From Anaerolineae bacterium (GTDB taxonomy: Bacteria > Chloroflexota > Anaerolineae > UBA1429), in contig OY776562.1 of the NCBI GenBank assembly GCA_963675785.1, positions 1,056,001-1,120,000 of the forward strand: DNA of 64,000 nucleotides. The letters are read 5' to 3'. The notes beneath the pieces were generated by a model, which had not been told where the DNA came from, did not search any database, and saw only the letters and a program-made list of their open reading frames with translations. Each line of letters begins with the position of its first letter. Positions within the stretch are counted from its first letter, which is position 1. The translations under genes were made by a program, and so were the position numbers. This document shows positions 8,942 through 20,400 of this stretch, one piece after another.

Positions 8942-11592
8942 ATGGACAATCTGTTAGATCTCTGGGGGAAAACCGCACCGCAAGGTTATCATCCTGCAGT
9001 ATTCCACATGATGGATGCAGGTAACGTTGCGTTGGTTATGCTGGAGGCCAATACACAATGGCGTAGCGCCATCGACACACTATTCCAAGGTATGCGTGAT
9101 TCCGCCGGCCTCGTTGCCTATATTGTAGCACTACACGACCTGGGTAAGATCAGCGCCGCCTTTCAAGGGCAGGTGGATGATCAAAAGGAACGCTTGAAGG
9201 CTTTGGGCTGGGATTTTGGCGGATGGCGTATGCTTTACAACAAGCCTCATCCTATCATCGGTCAGGCGACGCTCGCCTCTGAAGAGAATTCGGTCAGCCT
9301 GCACCTTGGCACCCATCTTTCTGAAGTTGTCAGCGAGGTAATTGGAGGACATCATGGCACTTGGCAGCCCAAGAGTGCTGTGCAAACCGCAGTAGATGAT
9401 CTGGAGCTAGACGAACCGCTTTGTTTTGCTACGGCTCGCCAGCAAGTGACGGATTTCTTGTTTGCCTATTATGGCCTGGATGACAAGGTGGCCCTAGTAC
9501 AACCCGCCAACATTTCCACGACCAGCATGTTGCTTACGGGCTTCTCTATCCTCTGTGATTGGATCGCTTCGGATACGCGCTTTTTCCCAGCATCCCCCAG
9601 TACCCCGCTGGAGCATTATGCCGAGAGGAGCAGGTCGAGAGCGAATAAGGCCGTTGAGACGTTGGGGTTCTCACAACCGAACCTCAGTGGTGCGCCGAGC
9701 AAATTTTCTGCTCTCTTTGGCTTCTCTGAGCCACGCCCGTTGCAATTGGCCATCGATGCTATTCCTGCGGCGTTGCTCGAACAGCCCTCTCTGACGATCA
9801 TCGAGGCACCTACAGGCGAAGGCAAGACAGAAGCCGCGCTGGCTCTAGCTCATCGCATCGGTTTGCTGCGCGGCTCGGACGCCTTTTATTATGCCCTTCC
9901 TACCATGGCCACTTCCAATCAGATGTACGCCCGGGTGAGCCAGTACTTGAAGAACGAATTGGACCTGCAGATGGGCGTTCGTTTAGTACACGGACAGGCG
10001 GCATTAGCCCAGGACCTCATCGATCTGACGGGTCTTGAAACGCACTGTGAAAGTGCTGACATCGCCCAGTGGTTTGCCCCACGCAAGCGGGCTCTTCTGG
10101 CCCCCTTTGGTGTGTGGGCACCATCGATCAAGCCGAGCTGGCCGCTTTGAACACGCGTCATGCGGCACTGCGCATGCTTAGTCTTGCGGGCCAAACGCTT
10201 GTCGTGGACGAGGTTCATGCTTGCGACATGTATATGACGACCATCATCGAGCGCCTGCTGCGTTGGCTTTCTGAACTCAACGCCTCAGTCATTCTTATGT
10301 CGGCCACCTTACCCCAGGAGCGTATGCGGTGTCTGCAAAGTGCCTGGGCTGGCGGAAAGCATCTGGTGGTGAACGGAAGTTATCCCCACATTGCTGTGGT
10401 TACATGCCAGGGAGATGCATGGAATGTTCAAGTTGCCAGCAGCCAGTCCGAACGGCGTATCACTGTTGAGCAAATCTCTCTATCAGAAAAAGAAACTGAG
10501 GCCAAAGCGAATTTGTTGCTCGACCTGGTGGCGGAGGGAGGCTGTGCCGTGTGGATCACCAATACTGTCGGTCGTGCCCAAGAGCTCTATCGGCAGCTCA
10601 AAATTTCGCCTCGCACTCGTGATGTGCAATTCGATCTGCTCCACGCCCGATTTCCTTTGGAGCAGCGTCTTGCTCTTGAATCGCGTATCGCTGGTTTGTA
10701 CGGCAAAGAGGGGAAACGCCCGCAACGGGGTATCGTCATAGGAACGCAAGTTTTGGAGCAAAGCCTCGATCTGGACTTTGATGTGATGGTCAGTGACTTG
10801 GCCCCCATCGATCTCTTGTTGCAGCGCGCTGGACGTATGCACCGCCATCAGCGCCCCAGACCCACAGTGCATACTGCGCCGCGTCTCATTGTGAATATGC
10901 CTTCCGTCGAGATTCCTATTGATGAAACAGTGGATGCCAAGATTTATGATGCTTACCTGTTGGCGCGGACTCGCCAGCTCCTCGATGATCGCAATCTGCT
11001 TGTCCTTCCCGATGACTATCGCCCACTCATCGAGGGCGTGTATAGTGCTGAGTTGATCTTGGACGCCGAGATGCAAGCATTGCGCGACCAGCTCGATCAG
11101 AAAGAGTGGAACGCTGCCAAAGAGGCTGAAGAACGTTTGTTGCCCGAACCCGATGCTGAGTTTTGTTTCTGCCGCCTGGCTGCACAAAAAACCTTTCGAG
11201 AGGACGAGGATAGCGCCGCCTGGATGGTGGCCCGCACACGTCTTGGTCCACCTTCTGTAACCGTGCTGCCGTTGGAGCGAGATGCCTATGAAGCCTGGAT
11301 TCCCGGCAAGGCAGAGCGCGGCTTTGACCTCAATCGTGAACCCTCGCGCGAAGATCAACTGCTGCTCTTGCGCCAACAGGTTCGCCTTTCTGGCGCCTGG
11401 CTGAGTCGGCTGATTGCCGAACAGGCGGGTGAGCCTTGCTCTTTGATGCGTGCCCCGCTTTTGCGCTATGTAATGCCCCTTTGGTTGGAGGATGGCCGTG
11501 CCGACCTAGGCTCAGGTGCAGCCACCTTGCAGCTCAATGATGAATTGGGTTTGACGATTGACTGGAATGGAGGGAAGGATGAATCAGCCTGA
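8942..11592 (+). pseudogene. cas3: CRISPR-associated helicase/nuclease Cas3, frameshifted (ORFs 8942-10150 and 10069-11592)
   Basis: HD domain (LWGK, HMMD, LHDLGK, GHHG, CDWIAS) and Walker A APTGEGKTEA lie in ORF1. GTIDQ, DEVH, MSATL, QVLEQSLDLD and QRAGRMHRH lie in ORF2. The conserved PFGVGTIDQ is split by an extra TG at about 10109-10118. Confidence 0.9.
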
Positions 11593-13135
11593 GACGATTC
11601 CGCGATTTAATCTTTGGTACGAGCCCTGGATTACCGTCGAGACCAGGGAAGGCACCACGATGGAGGTGTCCATCTCGGAGGCGTTGCGCAGCGCCCACGT
11701 CTACCGTGGGCTTGTTGAGCCCTCTCCGCTTGTAGTAGTGGGCATTCACCGCTTGCTTACCGCTATCCTACAGGATATCTATGACCCGCAGACGCCGACC
11801 GACTTGAAGGCGCTATGCAGGGCTGAGGCTTTTGATGAGGGGCGACTGACAGCCTTTGGTGACGAATTTGCCACTCGATTCGACCTGTTCTCGGAGAAAG
11901 CACCCTTTTACCAGAGCGCTGACTTGCCGCTTTTCCCAGATCCGCGTGACAAGACTTGGCCCGCCAGCAGTATTGCTCCAGAGCTGCCCAAGGGCACCGA
12001 AGTAACCCACTATCGTCATGGCGCTGAAGATGAGAGCCTCTTTTGCCCAGCGTGCTGCGTTGGTGGATTACTACATCTGTCGGCTTTTGCAACGTCCGGA
12101 GGACCAGGCATCAAGCCCTCTATCAATGGCGTGCCGCCCATCTATGTGCTGCCAATGGGAGAGACACTGCTGCAAAGTCTGACTCGTTCTCTCGTTACTC
12201 CAGGCTATCAGCCAACGGCCTGCGACGACGCCAAGCGGGATTATTGGTGGCGACGGGAGCCATTGGTGGGCAAGAAGGATGAGCTCAAAACAGTTGGCTA
12301 CGGCGGCAGCCTGACTTTTGTGCCGCGACGGATGCGCTTACATCCACTTGTTGCCCATAAGCCATGTACTCGCTGTGGTCGTTCGATGACCTGGGGTGTG
12401 TACACGATGGTCTTTGAGATGGGAGAATCTCGCCCAAAGGATGCCCCGTTCTGGTTCGATCCTTTTGCCTCCTACCGTCTACGGGATGAAAAAACACCTT
12501 TGCCTGTTCGGCCAAGGGATGGACGAGCCCTTTGGCGTGACTTTGGCGAACTTTTTCTCACCGATGAAGAAAAAACTGTCACTTACCGGCGCCCTAGTGT
12601 GATTACCCAACTCACCGAACTCGAACTAGTGCGCTCGCGTGATGTGGCCTACCGTTGCATCGGCATGCGCACTGATATGAAGGCCAAGATTTTTGAATGG
12701 GTTGACGATGGTTTTGAGGTTCCCTTGGCTGTACTTGGCGGCAAACGAGGCACGCGTGCCGTCAAAGCGGATTTGGGCTATGCCGAAGATGTTGGTAGCG
12801 CCCTGGGAAAAGCCTGGCGTAACGCGTTCCGTAAGCGTAGCGATACTCGGCTGGAGGCGGTGAGAGCACGAATGCTCTCTTCTTATTGGCAAAATCTGGC
12901 GATCCCTTTTGGGCAGATGGTGACCCAGGCAGCTCAAGTATCTAGTGCTGAGAATGAAAAGATACTAATTGAGTCATGGCAGAAGCAGGTCGTGCATGCT
13001 GCACGCTGGGAGCTGGACAAAGCCCTGGAAGGTCTCTCCACAGATGCCGAGACACTCAGATGCCGTGTGACCGCACAGGATAATTTGTTTTTTGAATTGG
13101 CCAAGATCAACAAGAGACAAGGAGGTAACGAATGA
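11579..13135 (+). CDS. cas8e: Type I-E Cascade large subunit Cas8e (CasA/Cse1)
   Basis: 'FNLWYEPWI', 'RFDLFSEKAPFYQ', 'CPACC', 'FDPF', 'RALWRDF'. Directly follows cas3. Confidence 0.9.
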   Translation: MNQPETIPRFNLWYEPWITVETREGTTMEVSISEALRSAHVYRGLVEPSPLVVVGIHRLLTAILQDIYDPQTPTDLKALCRAEAFDEGRLTAFGDEFATRFDLFSEKAPFYQSADLPLFPDPRDKTWPASSIAPELPKGTEVTHYRHGAEDESLFCPACCVGGLLHLSAFATSGGPGIKPSINGVPPIYVLPMGETLLQSLTRSLVTPGYQPTACDDAKRDYWWRREPLVGKKDELKTVGYGGSLTFVPRRMRLHPLVAHKPCTRCGRSMTWGVYTMVFEMGESRPKDAPFWFDPFASYRLRDEKTPLPVRPRDGRALWRDFGELFLTDEEKTVTYRRPSVITQLTELELVRSRDVAYRCIGMRTDMKAKIFEWVDDGFEVPLAVLGGKRGTRAVKADLGYAEDVGSALGKAWRNAFRKRSDTRLEAVRARMLSSYWQNLAIPFGQMVTQAAQVSSAENEKILIESWQKQVVHAARWELDKALEGLSTDAETLRCRVTAQDNLFFELAKINKRQGGNE

Positions 13136-13638
13136 GCGAGCAAACGATTGGCCCCAACTTGGTGGAGCAGTTTTGCCGAGTGCTCGAAGGGCTAGATGCA
13201 GCCGACAGGGCACGGTTGCGGCGAGCGGCGGGTCATTCTCTAGCTGAAGCGGGAGATGCCTTGGCCGTGTTCTACCGCATTCTGCCTCATGGCGTGCCCC
13301 AGCGGCAAGAGGAGACCTACTTTATGGTGGCCTCGCTTTATCCGTTGGGAACCGATGGCAACCACGGAGATTTTGGCGCCTTGCTCAAACGCGCCCGTAT
13401 CGCAGGCGGCGAAAAGGGCACAGATAGCCGCATGCGCTATTTGCTGGATGCTGACGAAGCCCAGCTTGCCTTTCGGCTTCGTCAGGCCGTGCACTATGTC
13501 AAATCCTGTGGGGTAGCCGTGGATTGGCCGACCCTTCTGCAGGATTTGCTCTACTGGGATCACCCCGACCGATTCGTACAAAAGAAATGGGCGCGCAGCT
13601 ATTATGGCCAAACCCGAACACAAACTCAGGAGGCTTGA
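13132..13638 (+). CDS. cse2: Type I-E small subunit Cse2 (CasB/Cas11)
   Basis: 'RARLRRAAG', 'LRQAV', 'VDWPTLLQDL..W', 'WARSYY'. Confidence 0.9.
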   Translation: MSEQTIGPNLVEQFCRVLEGLDAADRARLRRAAGHSLAEAGDALAVFYRILPHGVPQRQEETYFMVASLYPLGTDGNHGDFGALLKRARIAGGEKGTDSRMRYLLDADEAQLAFRLRQAVHYVKSCGVAVDWPTLLQDLLYWDHPDRFVQKKWARSYYGQTRTQTQEA

Positions 13639-13639
13639 A

Positions 13640-14767
13640 ATGCTCGTACAAATTCACATGCTCCAGAACTATGCCCCTTCCAACCTAAATCGCGATGATA
13701 CGGGGGCTCCCAAAGATGCTATCTTTGGTGGCGTGCGCCGCGGTCGCATCTCCAGCCAGTGTCTCAAGCGCAGCATTCGCAAATCTGGCAGCTTTGTAGA
13801 GGCCTTTGCTGAACGGGGCTTGCTGGCCTCACGCACTCGTCGGTTACCGGCTTTGATCGAAAAGGAACTCAAGAGCAGGGGACTGGACGAGGAATCGATT
13901 CAGGCTATCGTGAACAAAGTGCCCCTGATTGGACGAGAATCGGCCAAAGCGACAGCGGCGACTGCCGAAGATGAGGACAAGATTACAGCCCAGTTGATTT
14001 TCATCGGCCTGGATGAAGTGCCGCTTTTGACAGACCAGCTACTGGCTTCTTACGAGGCGATGGGCGCTGTGAAATGGGCCAAGGCTAAAGGCGACGACCT
14101 GGCCAAGGAATTGCAAGGGCTCACCCCACGCTCAGTGGATGTGGCCATGTTCGGTCGTATGACCACTTCGGCGGCCTTTGAGAACGTCGAGGCGGCCGTG
14201 CAGGTTGCCCATGCCCTCTCTACCAATGCTTTAGTGCAAGAATTCGACTATTTTACGGCAGTGGATGACTTGCAGACGGATGAGCCAGGGGCTGGCATGA
14301 TTGGGGATGTGGAATTCAATAGCAACAGTTATTACCGCTACATCAATGTGCATTGGGAAGGGCTGCTGGATAACCTGGGTGGGGATGTAGAACTGGCCAA
14401 GGAAGCCGTGGGGGCCTTGTTGGTGGCTGCGACCGAGGCTCAGCCCAGCGGCAAGCAAAACACCTTTGCCGCCCAAAACCTACCCGACCTGGTGCTGGTG
14501 GAGGTGCGCCAGCAGAATGTGGCTGTGAGTTATGCCAATGCTTTTCTCAAGCCGGCCCGTGCTGGACGCGATGGTTCTCCTACCGTCATGGAAGTCTCGG
14601 CCCAACAGCTTGCTGACTATCGTACACGGCTGAATACCATGTATACCGCTCCCGAGGCTTCGGCCTATGCCGCAACTTTTGAGGTGGCTCTGGATGACGC
14701 CGAGAACAAACAGTCGCTTTATGCTTTGCGACCTTGGATAGAATCCCTCCTCGGGGAGGAGGTGTAA
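13640..14767 (+). CDS. cas7: Cas7 (CasC/Cse4)
   Basis: 'PSNLNRDDTGAPKDAIFGG..R.RISSQCLKR', 'DVAMFGRM', 'DYFTAVDD', 'PSGKQNTFA'. Confidence 0.95.
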   Translation: MLVQIHMLQNYAPSNLNRDDTGAPKDAIFGGVRRGRISSQCLKRSIRKSGSFVEAFAERGLLASRTRRLPALIEKELKSRGLDEESIQAIVNKVPLIGRESAKATAATAEDEDKITAQLIFIGLDEVPLLTDQLLASYEAMGAVKWAKAKGDDLAKELQGLTPRSVDVAMFGRMTTSAAFENVEAAVQVAHALSTNALVQEFDYFTAVDDLQTDEPGAGMIGDVEFNSNSYYRYINVHWEGLLDNLGGDVELAKEAVGALLVAATEAQPSGKQNTFAAQNLPDLVLVEVRQQNVAVSYANAFLKPARAGRDGSPTVMEVSAQQLADYRTRLNTMYTAPEASAYAATFEVALDDAENKQSLYALRPWIESLLGEEV

Positions 14768-14770
14768 GGC

Positions 14771-15442
14771 ATGGATAACACCCTTTTGCTGGTGCTCGAT
14801 GGGCCGCTGCAGTCTTGGGGAGAGCGTGCTCGTTGGTCGGTACGCGATACAAACCTCGAACCGACGCATTCGGGTATAGCAGGCTTGTTGGCCTGCGCTT
14901 GTGGTATTTCCTCTGGCCCCGATCTCGATGCTCTGGCTGGCCGCTTTACCATGGGGGTACGCTGTGATCGCCCTGGTGTGCTGCTGCGCGACTATCACAC
15001 CGTGGTTGGCGGGGTGCTCTCAGCTGCTGGCAAAGTCAAGCTCAATGCTTCTACCAAACAACCTGAAACAGTCGTCTCTGAGCGCTATTACATGGCCGAT
15101 GCTTGCTATCTTGTGGCACTCTGGGGTGATCCGCCCGACATAGCCGAGTGGGCACGGGCCTTACAGCAGCCAGTTTGGCCCCCCTATCTGGGGCGCAAGG
15201 CCTGTGTGCCCTCTCGCCCCATATATGGGGGGAAGGGGGAATTTTCCTCACTGGCCAAAGCTCTGGCTGTTTGGCCTCGTGTAGATGGAGATGGAAGAGA
15301 GCAGAATGCTCCGGATAGCGCCCGTGCCATCGTCGAGACCAATGCAGGGGCCGGTTTGCGTCGGCGTGATGCCGTGGTGGATTCGCGTGCACGTGTTTTT
15401 GGAACGCGCTATGTCAGAGAATATATGGTCAAACTGCCATAG
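14771..15442 (+). CDS. cas5: Cas5 (CasD)
   Basis: 'GPLQSWG', 'PTHSGIAGLLACACG', 'DYHTV', 'YLGRKACVPS'. Confidence 0.95.
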   Translation: MDNTLLLVLDGPLQSWGERARWSVRDTNLEPTHSGIAGLLACACGISSGPDLDALAGRFTMGVRCDRPGVLLRDYHTVVGGVLSAAGKVKLNASTKQPETVVSERYYMADACYLVALWGDPPDIAEWARALQQPVWPPYLGRKACVPSRPIYGGKGEFSSLAKALAVWPRVDGDGREQNAPDSARAIVETNAGAGLRRRDAVVDSRARVFGTRYVREYMVKLP

Positions 15443-15452
15443 GAGGTGTGGC

Positions 15453-16064
15453 GTGTACCTTTCACAATTGACACTCGATGATTCGCGACGTTCGGTGCTT
15501 TGGCGGCAACAACGCTATCGTGTGCATCAGCGGCTCATGATGGGGTGTGGCGATGACGCGCGCATGCTTTACCGCCTGCATGAGACGCCTACTGCAACTT
15601 TGTTGGTGCAAACGACAAGTGAACCGGATTGGCTCGCGGCTTTTGGCGAGTTCCCTGTGTTGGCCATTCCACCTGAGGTAAAACCCTTCGAACCGCGGTT
15701 CTTTGACGGTGAAATGCTGGCCTTTCGGGTCTTAGCCAATCCCACCGTCAAGCGCGATGGCAAGAGACTGGGGTTATACAAAATCGAAGAGCAGCTCGAG
15801 TGGCTCAAACGCAAGGCAGAGATGGGTGGCTTTGCTGTGGTTAGCGTGAATGTCCAACCTGCTGGTAACATGACAGCATGGAAGGGTACTCAAGATAGCG
15901 TTAGAGCCATGCAAATGCGCTTTTGCGCCGTACAATATGATGGTTCGCTGCAAGTACGAGACGCTGGGGCCTTTACTGAAACCTTTTGTTCTGGCCTGGG
16001 CAGTGCCAAAGGATTTGGGTTTGGCCTACTATCTGTTGCTCGAGTACTGGTCAGCGAGGTCTAG
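15453..16064 (+). CDS. cas6e: Cas6e (CasE/Cse3)
   Basis: 'YLSQL', 'HQRLM', 'FRVLANP', 'WL.RK...GF' and C-terminal Gly loop 'GLGSAKGFGFGLL'. GTG start with AGGAGG RBS. Confidence 0.93.
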   Translation: MYLSQLTLDDSRRSVLWRQQRYRVHQRLMMGCGDDARMLYRLHETPTATLLVQTTSEPDWLAAFGEFPVLAIPPEVKPFEPRFFDGEMLAFRVLANPTVKRDGKRLGLYKIEEQLEWLKRKAEMGGFAVVSVNVQPAGNMTAWKGTQDSVRAMQMRFCAVQYDGSLQVRDAGAFTETFCSGLGSAKGFGFGLLSVARVLVSEV

Positions 16065-16068
16065 TATC

Positions 16069-16983
16069 ATGCCCAAAGATCTACAAGAACTACCGCGCTT
16101 GGATGACAGCCTGACATATCTCTATGCCGAATGCTGCCGGATTGAACAAGAAGAATTCAGTATCGCCTTGGTGGATGAGAACGGACGCACGCCAGTGCCG
16201 GTGGCCTCACTTTCTGTGCTCATGCTGGGGCCCGGCACCACCGTAACCCACGCCGCCATGCGCGCTCTAGCCGAGAATGGTTGCACAGTGTTATGGACCG
16301 GTCAGGATGGGGTGCGCATGTACGCTGCAGGCACTGGCGAAACCCGCAAAGCCTATCGTCTGGAGCATCAGGCTCGCCTGGTAAGCGATGAGGAGAGTCG
16401 TACTGAAGTAGCTTGGCGCATGTACGAGCTGCGTTTTGGCGAACGATTGGATAGGAGTGGCAGCCTATCAACAGTTCGTGGGGCAGAGGGCGTGCGCATG
16501 AAACAGCTCTATCGTGAGACGGCGCGCCAGTACGGTGTACCTTGGGGCGGTCGCAAGTACGATCTAAATAACTGGGACAAGAGCGACCCACTCAACAAAG
16601 CACTCTCGGCAGCAAATTCCTGCTTGTATGGGCTATGCCATGCGGCCATCGTTTCTGGTGGATATAGCACTGGTCTGGGATTTCTGCACGCTGGCAAGCA
16701 GCTCTCTTTTGTTTATGACATTGCCGATCTTTTCAAAGCTGAAACGACCATTCCAACAGCTTTCTTGGTGGTGGGCGAATCCTTCCATGATATCGAATCG
16801 CGCGCCCGGCAAACCTGTCGGCGGCTTTTTCGTGAGGAGCGTTTGATCCAAAAGATATTGCCCACTATCGATGCTCTGCTGGATGTGCCGGATCCTGACC
16901 CGCGCTTGAGGGGAGTGGACACCAAGATTGACAGGCCGACCCCTCTTTGGGAAAAGCTCTGGGAGACGGCGGAGGCGCGCTAG
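16069..16983 (+). CDS. cas1: Type I-E Cas1
   Basis: '[13 protein letters not shown]', 'RGAEGVR', '[13 protein letters not shown]', '[18 protein letters not shown]'. Confidence 0.96.
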   Translation: MPKDLQELPRLDDSLTYLYAECCRIEQEEFSIALVDENGRTPVPVASLSVLMLGPGTTVTHAAMRALAENGCTVLWTGQDGVRMYAAGTGETRKAYRLEHQARLVSDEESRTEVAWRMYELRFGERLDRSGSLSTVRGAEGVRMKQLYRETARQYGVPWGGRKYDLNNWDKSDPLNKALSAANSCLYGLCHAAIVSGGYSTGLGFLHAGKQLSFVYDIADLFKAETTIPTAFLVVGESFHDIESRARQTCRRLFREERLIQKILPTIDALLDVPDPDPRLRGVDTKIDRPTPLWEKLWETAEAR

Positions 16984-16985
16984 AA

Positions 16986-17270
16986 ATGGTCGTCATGGTT
17001 TTGGAAACTGTGCCGGAGGGCTTGCGTGGAGAACTGACGCGTTGGCTTATCGAAGTCAAAACAGGGGTGTTTGTGGGCACATGCAGTGCTCGAGTGCGCG
17101 ACAAGCTCTGGGAGAAATGTTGCGAAAGGCGTCGCGGCGGGGGAGTGGCGCAGATATGGAGTACGAATACCGAACAGGGTTTCGCCATGCGTATGCATGG
17201 CGAAACCAGCCGCGAGATTGTCGAGATGGAAGGGCTACAACTAGTGCGCAAACCGGCTGCAACTATCTAG
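16986..17270 (+). CDS. cas2: Type I-E Cas2
   Basis: '[28 protein letters not shown]...EQGF', 94 aa. Confidence 0.95.
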   Translation: MVVMVLETVPEGLRGELTRWLIEVKTGVFVGTCSARVRDKLWEKCCERRRGGGVAQIWSTNTEQGFAMRMHGETSREIVEMEGLQLVRKPAATI

Positions 17271-17434
17271 CGAAGGCTGCTGTGAGAAAGACGCAGAAAC
17301 GCATGATAAGGCTAATGGCAAAAATTGCAAGATCGAGTTGTGGTGGCATACTAAAGCAAGGTTTGTAGTGTCAAGTCGTAGCAGCAGGGTCATGCAGTGT
17401 TTGCTGCATGACCCTGCAAGGTTGCAGTTTTAGG
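17271..17434 (+). promoter_or_regulatory. CRISPR leader containing a perfect 14-bp inverted repeat
   Basis: Non-coding DNA between cas2 and the first repeat. Degenerate repeats lie at the far end of the array, so this is the leader side. Confidence 0.8.
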
Positions 17435-20400
17435 GTTTTCCCCACACCCGTGGGGATGGACCGGCCTCTACGATACTCGACTTGCCCGCGCCGTTGTTTT
17501 CCCCACACCCGTGGGGATGGACCGCGCATTGGTCTCGAATTGCAGGCAGATATAACGTTTTCCCCACACCCGTGGGGATGGACCGGTTGATCTCCTGAGT
17601 CGGCCTTGGCCTCATCGGTTTTCCCCACACCCGTGGGGATGGACCGCTACCATCGATCTGACAACGGGAACAGCAGCTGTTTTCCCCACACCCGTGGGGA
17701 TGGACCGACAGTAGGTACGGCTTATCAGTGGCGTATGCAGTTTTCCCCACACCCGTGGGGATGGACCGGTAGATCGGTATGCCGCGCATTAACGTATCTC
17801 GTTTTCCCCACACCCGTGGGGATGGACCGATGGCTGCCGCCGCCTGCGCCGCAATATACAGTTTTCCCCACACCCGTGGGGATGGACCGATGGACTCATT
17901 GCCTGGCTTAGGGGCACTCCTGTTTTCCCCACACCCGTGGGGATGGACCGATTACTTCCCATTCGCCACCAGTAGAGCCATTGTTTTCCCCACACCCGTG
18001 GGGATGGACCGGAATCTCTTCCCCTTTGTCCTCGGGCTCAACAGTTTTCCCCACACCCGTGGGGATGGACCGACCGCCAAGGCTACGATGAGGCGGTGCG
18101 CAAGCGTTTTCCCCACACCCGTGGGGATGGACCGATATAGTCCATGCTTTCGTGCAGTGCGTCAATGTTTTCCCCACACCCGTGGGGATGGACCGATGCC
18201 CGTTCTGAGGCTCAGCGCGAGCGATACGTTTTCCCCACACCCGTGGGGATGGACCGCCGGTGATCGATGCGATGGCTTCCTATGACTAGTTTTCCCCACA
18301 CCCGTGGGGATGGACCGACAACAGGGTCTGGATTTACACCAGACAAGGTGTTTTCCCCACACCCGTGGGGATGGACCGATGAATTGCAGGGTTTTTTCGA
18401 TACGGAGATCGTTTTCCCCACACCCGTGGGGATGGACCGAGGAGGGACAAGCGGAGGAACATCACTGCATGGTTTTCCCCACACCCGTGGGGATGGACCG
18501 TATTCCGACGCCTTGCTTCTAGAGTTCTCTTGGTTTTCCCCACACCCGTGGGGATGGACCGGTGCATCTGGCTGTCTATTCGATTGGCTTGCCGTTTTCC
18601 CCACACCCGTGGGGATGGACCGTTGTGGGAAATTTCGAGGAAGCTCTCCCAGAAGTTTTCCCCACACCCGTGGGGATGGACCGACATTGGCGGCGGGGAC
18701 GCGGCTCTACTGGGAGTTTTCCCCACACCCGTGGGGATGGACCGGTGACGCTGGGTAACAACAGCGAGATCCAGGAGTTTTCCCCACACCCGTGGGGATG
18801 GACCGGATTCCTACCGCCACCAGTTGAGCAATAGTCCGTTTTCCCCACACCCGTGGGGATGGACCGGTAGAGCTCGTGTAGATCAGCCCCTCGAAGGTGT
18901 TTTCCCCACACCCGTGGGGATGGACCATAGATAGGTGCCATTATCTGTTGGCATTGTCAGTTTTCCCCACACCCGTGGGGATGGACCGGATGCGTTCAGC
19001 CAGCTCGCCGATCGGTACTAGTTTTCCCCACACCCGTGGGGATGGACCGAGGACAGGGTTATCCTCGTGGCGTGAATAGAAGTTTTCCCCACACCCGTGG
19101 GGATGGACCGCAGAGGGCGAGAGTAAGCGTGGCAACGGGTAAGTTTTCCCCACACCCGTGGGGATGGACCGTTCGCCGACGGAACATCTTATTACCCCAT
19201 GATGTTTTCCCCACACCCGTGGGGATGGACCGGGAGAGCGGCTTGGGATGAGGAAAACGGAGAAGTTTTCCCCACACCCGTGGGGATGGACCTGAGGTCA
19301 GAGCCACACACCATCATCCGCCGAAGTTTTCCCCACACCCGTGGGGATGGACCGGATCTATCTGCGTATACTGGTGTGATTGATGAGTTTTCCCCACACC
19401 CGTGGGGATGGACCGGAATAGAATCATACAAACCATCATGAGTACCCGTTTTCCCCACACCCGTGGGGATGGACCGCCGTTGCTGGGTGCAATTGCGGGT
19501 GCGTTTTTCGTTTTCCCCACACCCGTGGGGATGGACCGCGGCGGCACTGCTGGGTTAGCTGATACGTGGGGTTTTCCCCACACCCGTGGGGATGGACCGG
19601 CTTCGTACCAGAGTAGCAACCGAACCAAAAGTTTTCCCCACACCCGTGGGGATGGACCGGCTTCGTACCAGAGTAGCAACCGAACCAAAAAGTTTTCCCC
19701 ACACCCGTGGGGATGGACCGCAATTGCTCGGCTACCGCCGATGAGCCGACGGGTTTTCCCCACACCCGTGGGGATGGACCGTCAATTGGTTCGTCAGATA
19801 TGGCAAGAGAGAAGTTTTCCCCACACCCGTGGGGATGGACCCGCGTACGCTGGACACTTGACCAACTGGCCATACCGTTTTCCCCACACCCGTGGGGATG
19901 GACCGATTGTGTGAGTCGCTAGGTTGTTTAGCGCCAGGTTTTCCCCACACCCGTGGGGATGGACCGCCGCCTTCATGTTCTTGCCAGAGTCAAGGGTCGT
20001 TTTCCCCACACCCGTGGGGATGGACCGGTAGTTGTTTCTTTCGTGCCCAAAACCGCCAAGTTTTCCCCACACCCGTGGGGATGGACCGTGCGCTGGGAAA
20101 TTGTCGACTTACCTCTTGGTGTTTTCCCCACACCCGTGGGGATGGACCGTACATGTGAGCAGCCAGACGGCCATCGCGAGCGTTTTCCCCACACCCGTGG
20201 GGATGGACCGGTGTCCCTTCCCATTCGCCATCCTTGGCTATCGTTTTCCCCACACCCGTGGGGATGGACCGGATTTTGAGTTTTCCACAATCTCTTATGC
20301 CTTGTTTTCCCCACACCCGTGGGGATGGACCGCAATACCAACAACCCCGCTAACCAACGACACGGTTTTCCCCACACCCGTGGGGATGGACCGGGTACGA

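Noticed and set aside
10095-10120. Programmed -1 frameshift or phase variation in cas3
   Set aside because: No canonical in-frame X XXY YYZ heptamer, and (TG)3 is too short for high-frequency switching. A simple duplication explains it.
16947-17368. Cas2-DnaQ fusion or an extra cas gene after cas2
   Set aside because: cas2 stops at 17270 after 94 aa. The overlapping 146-aa ORF has no recognisable motif.
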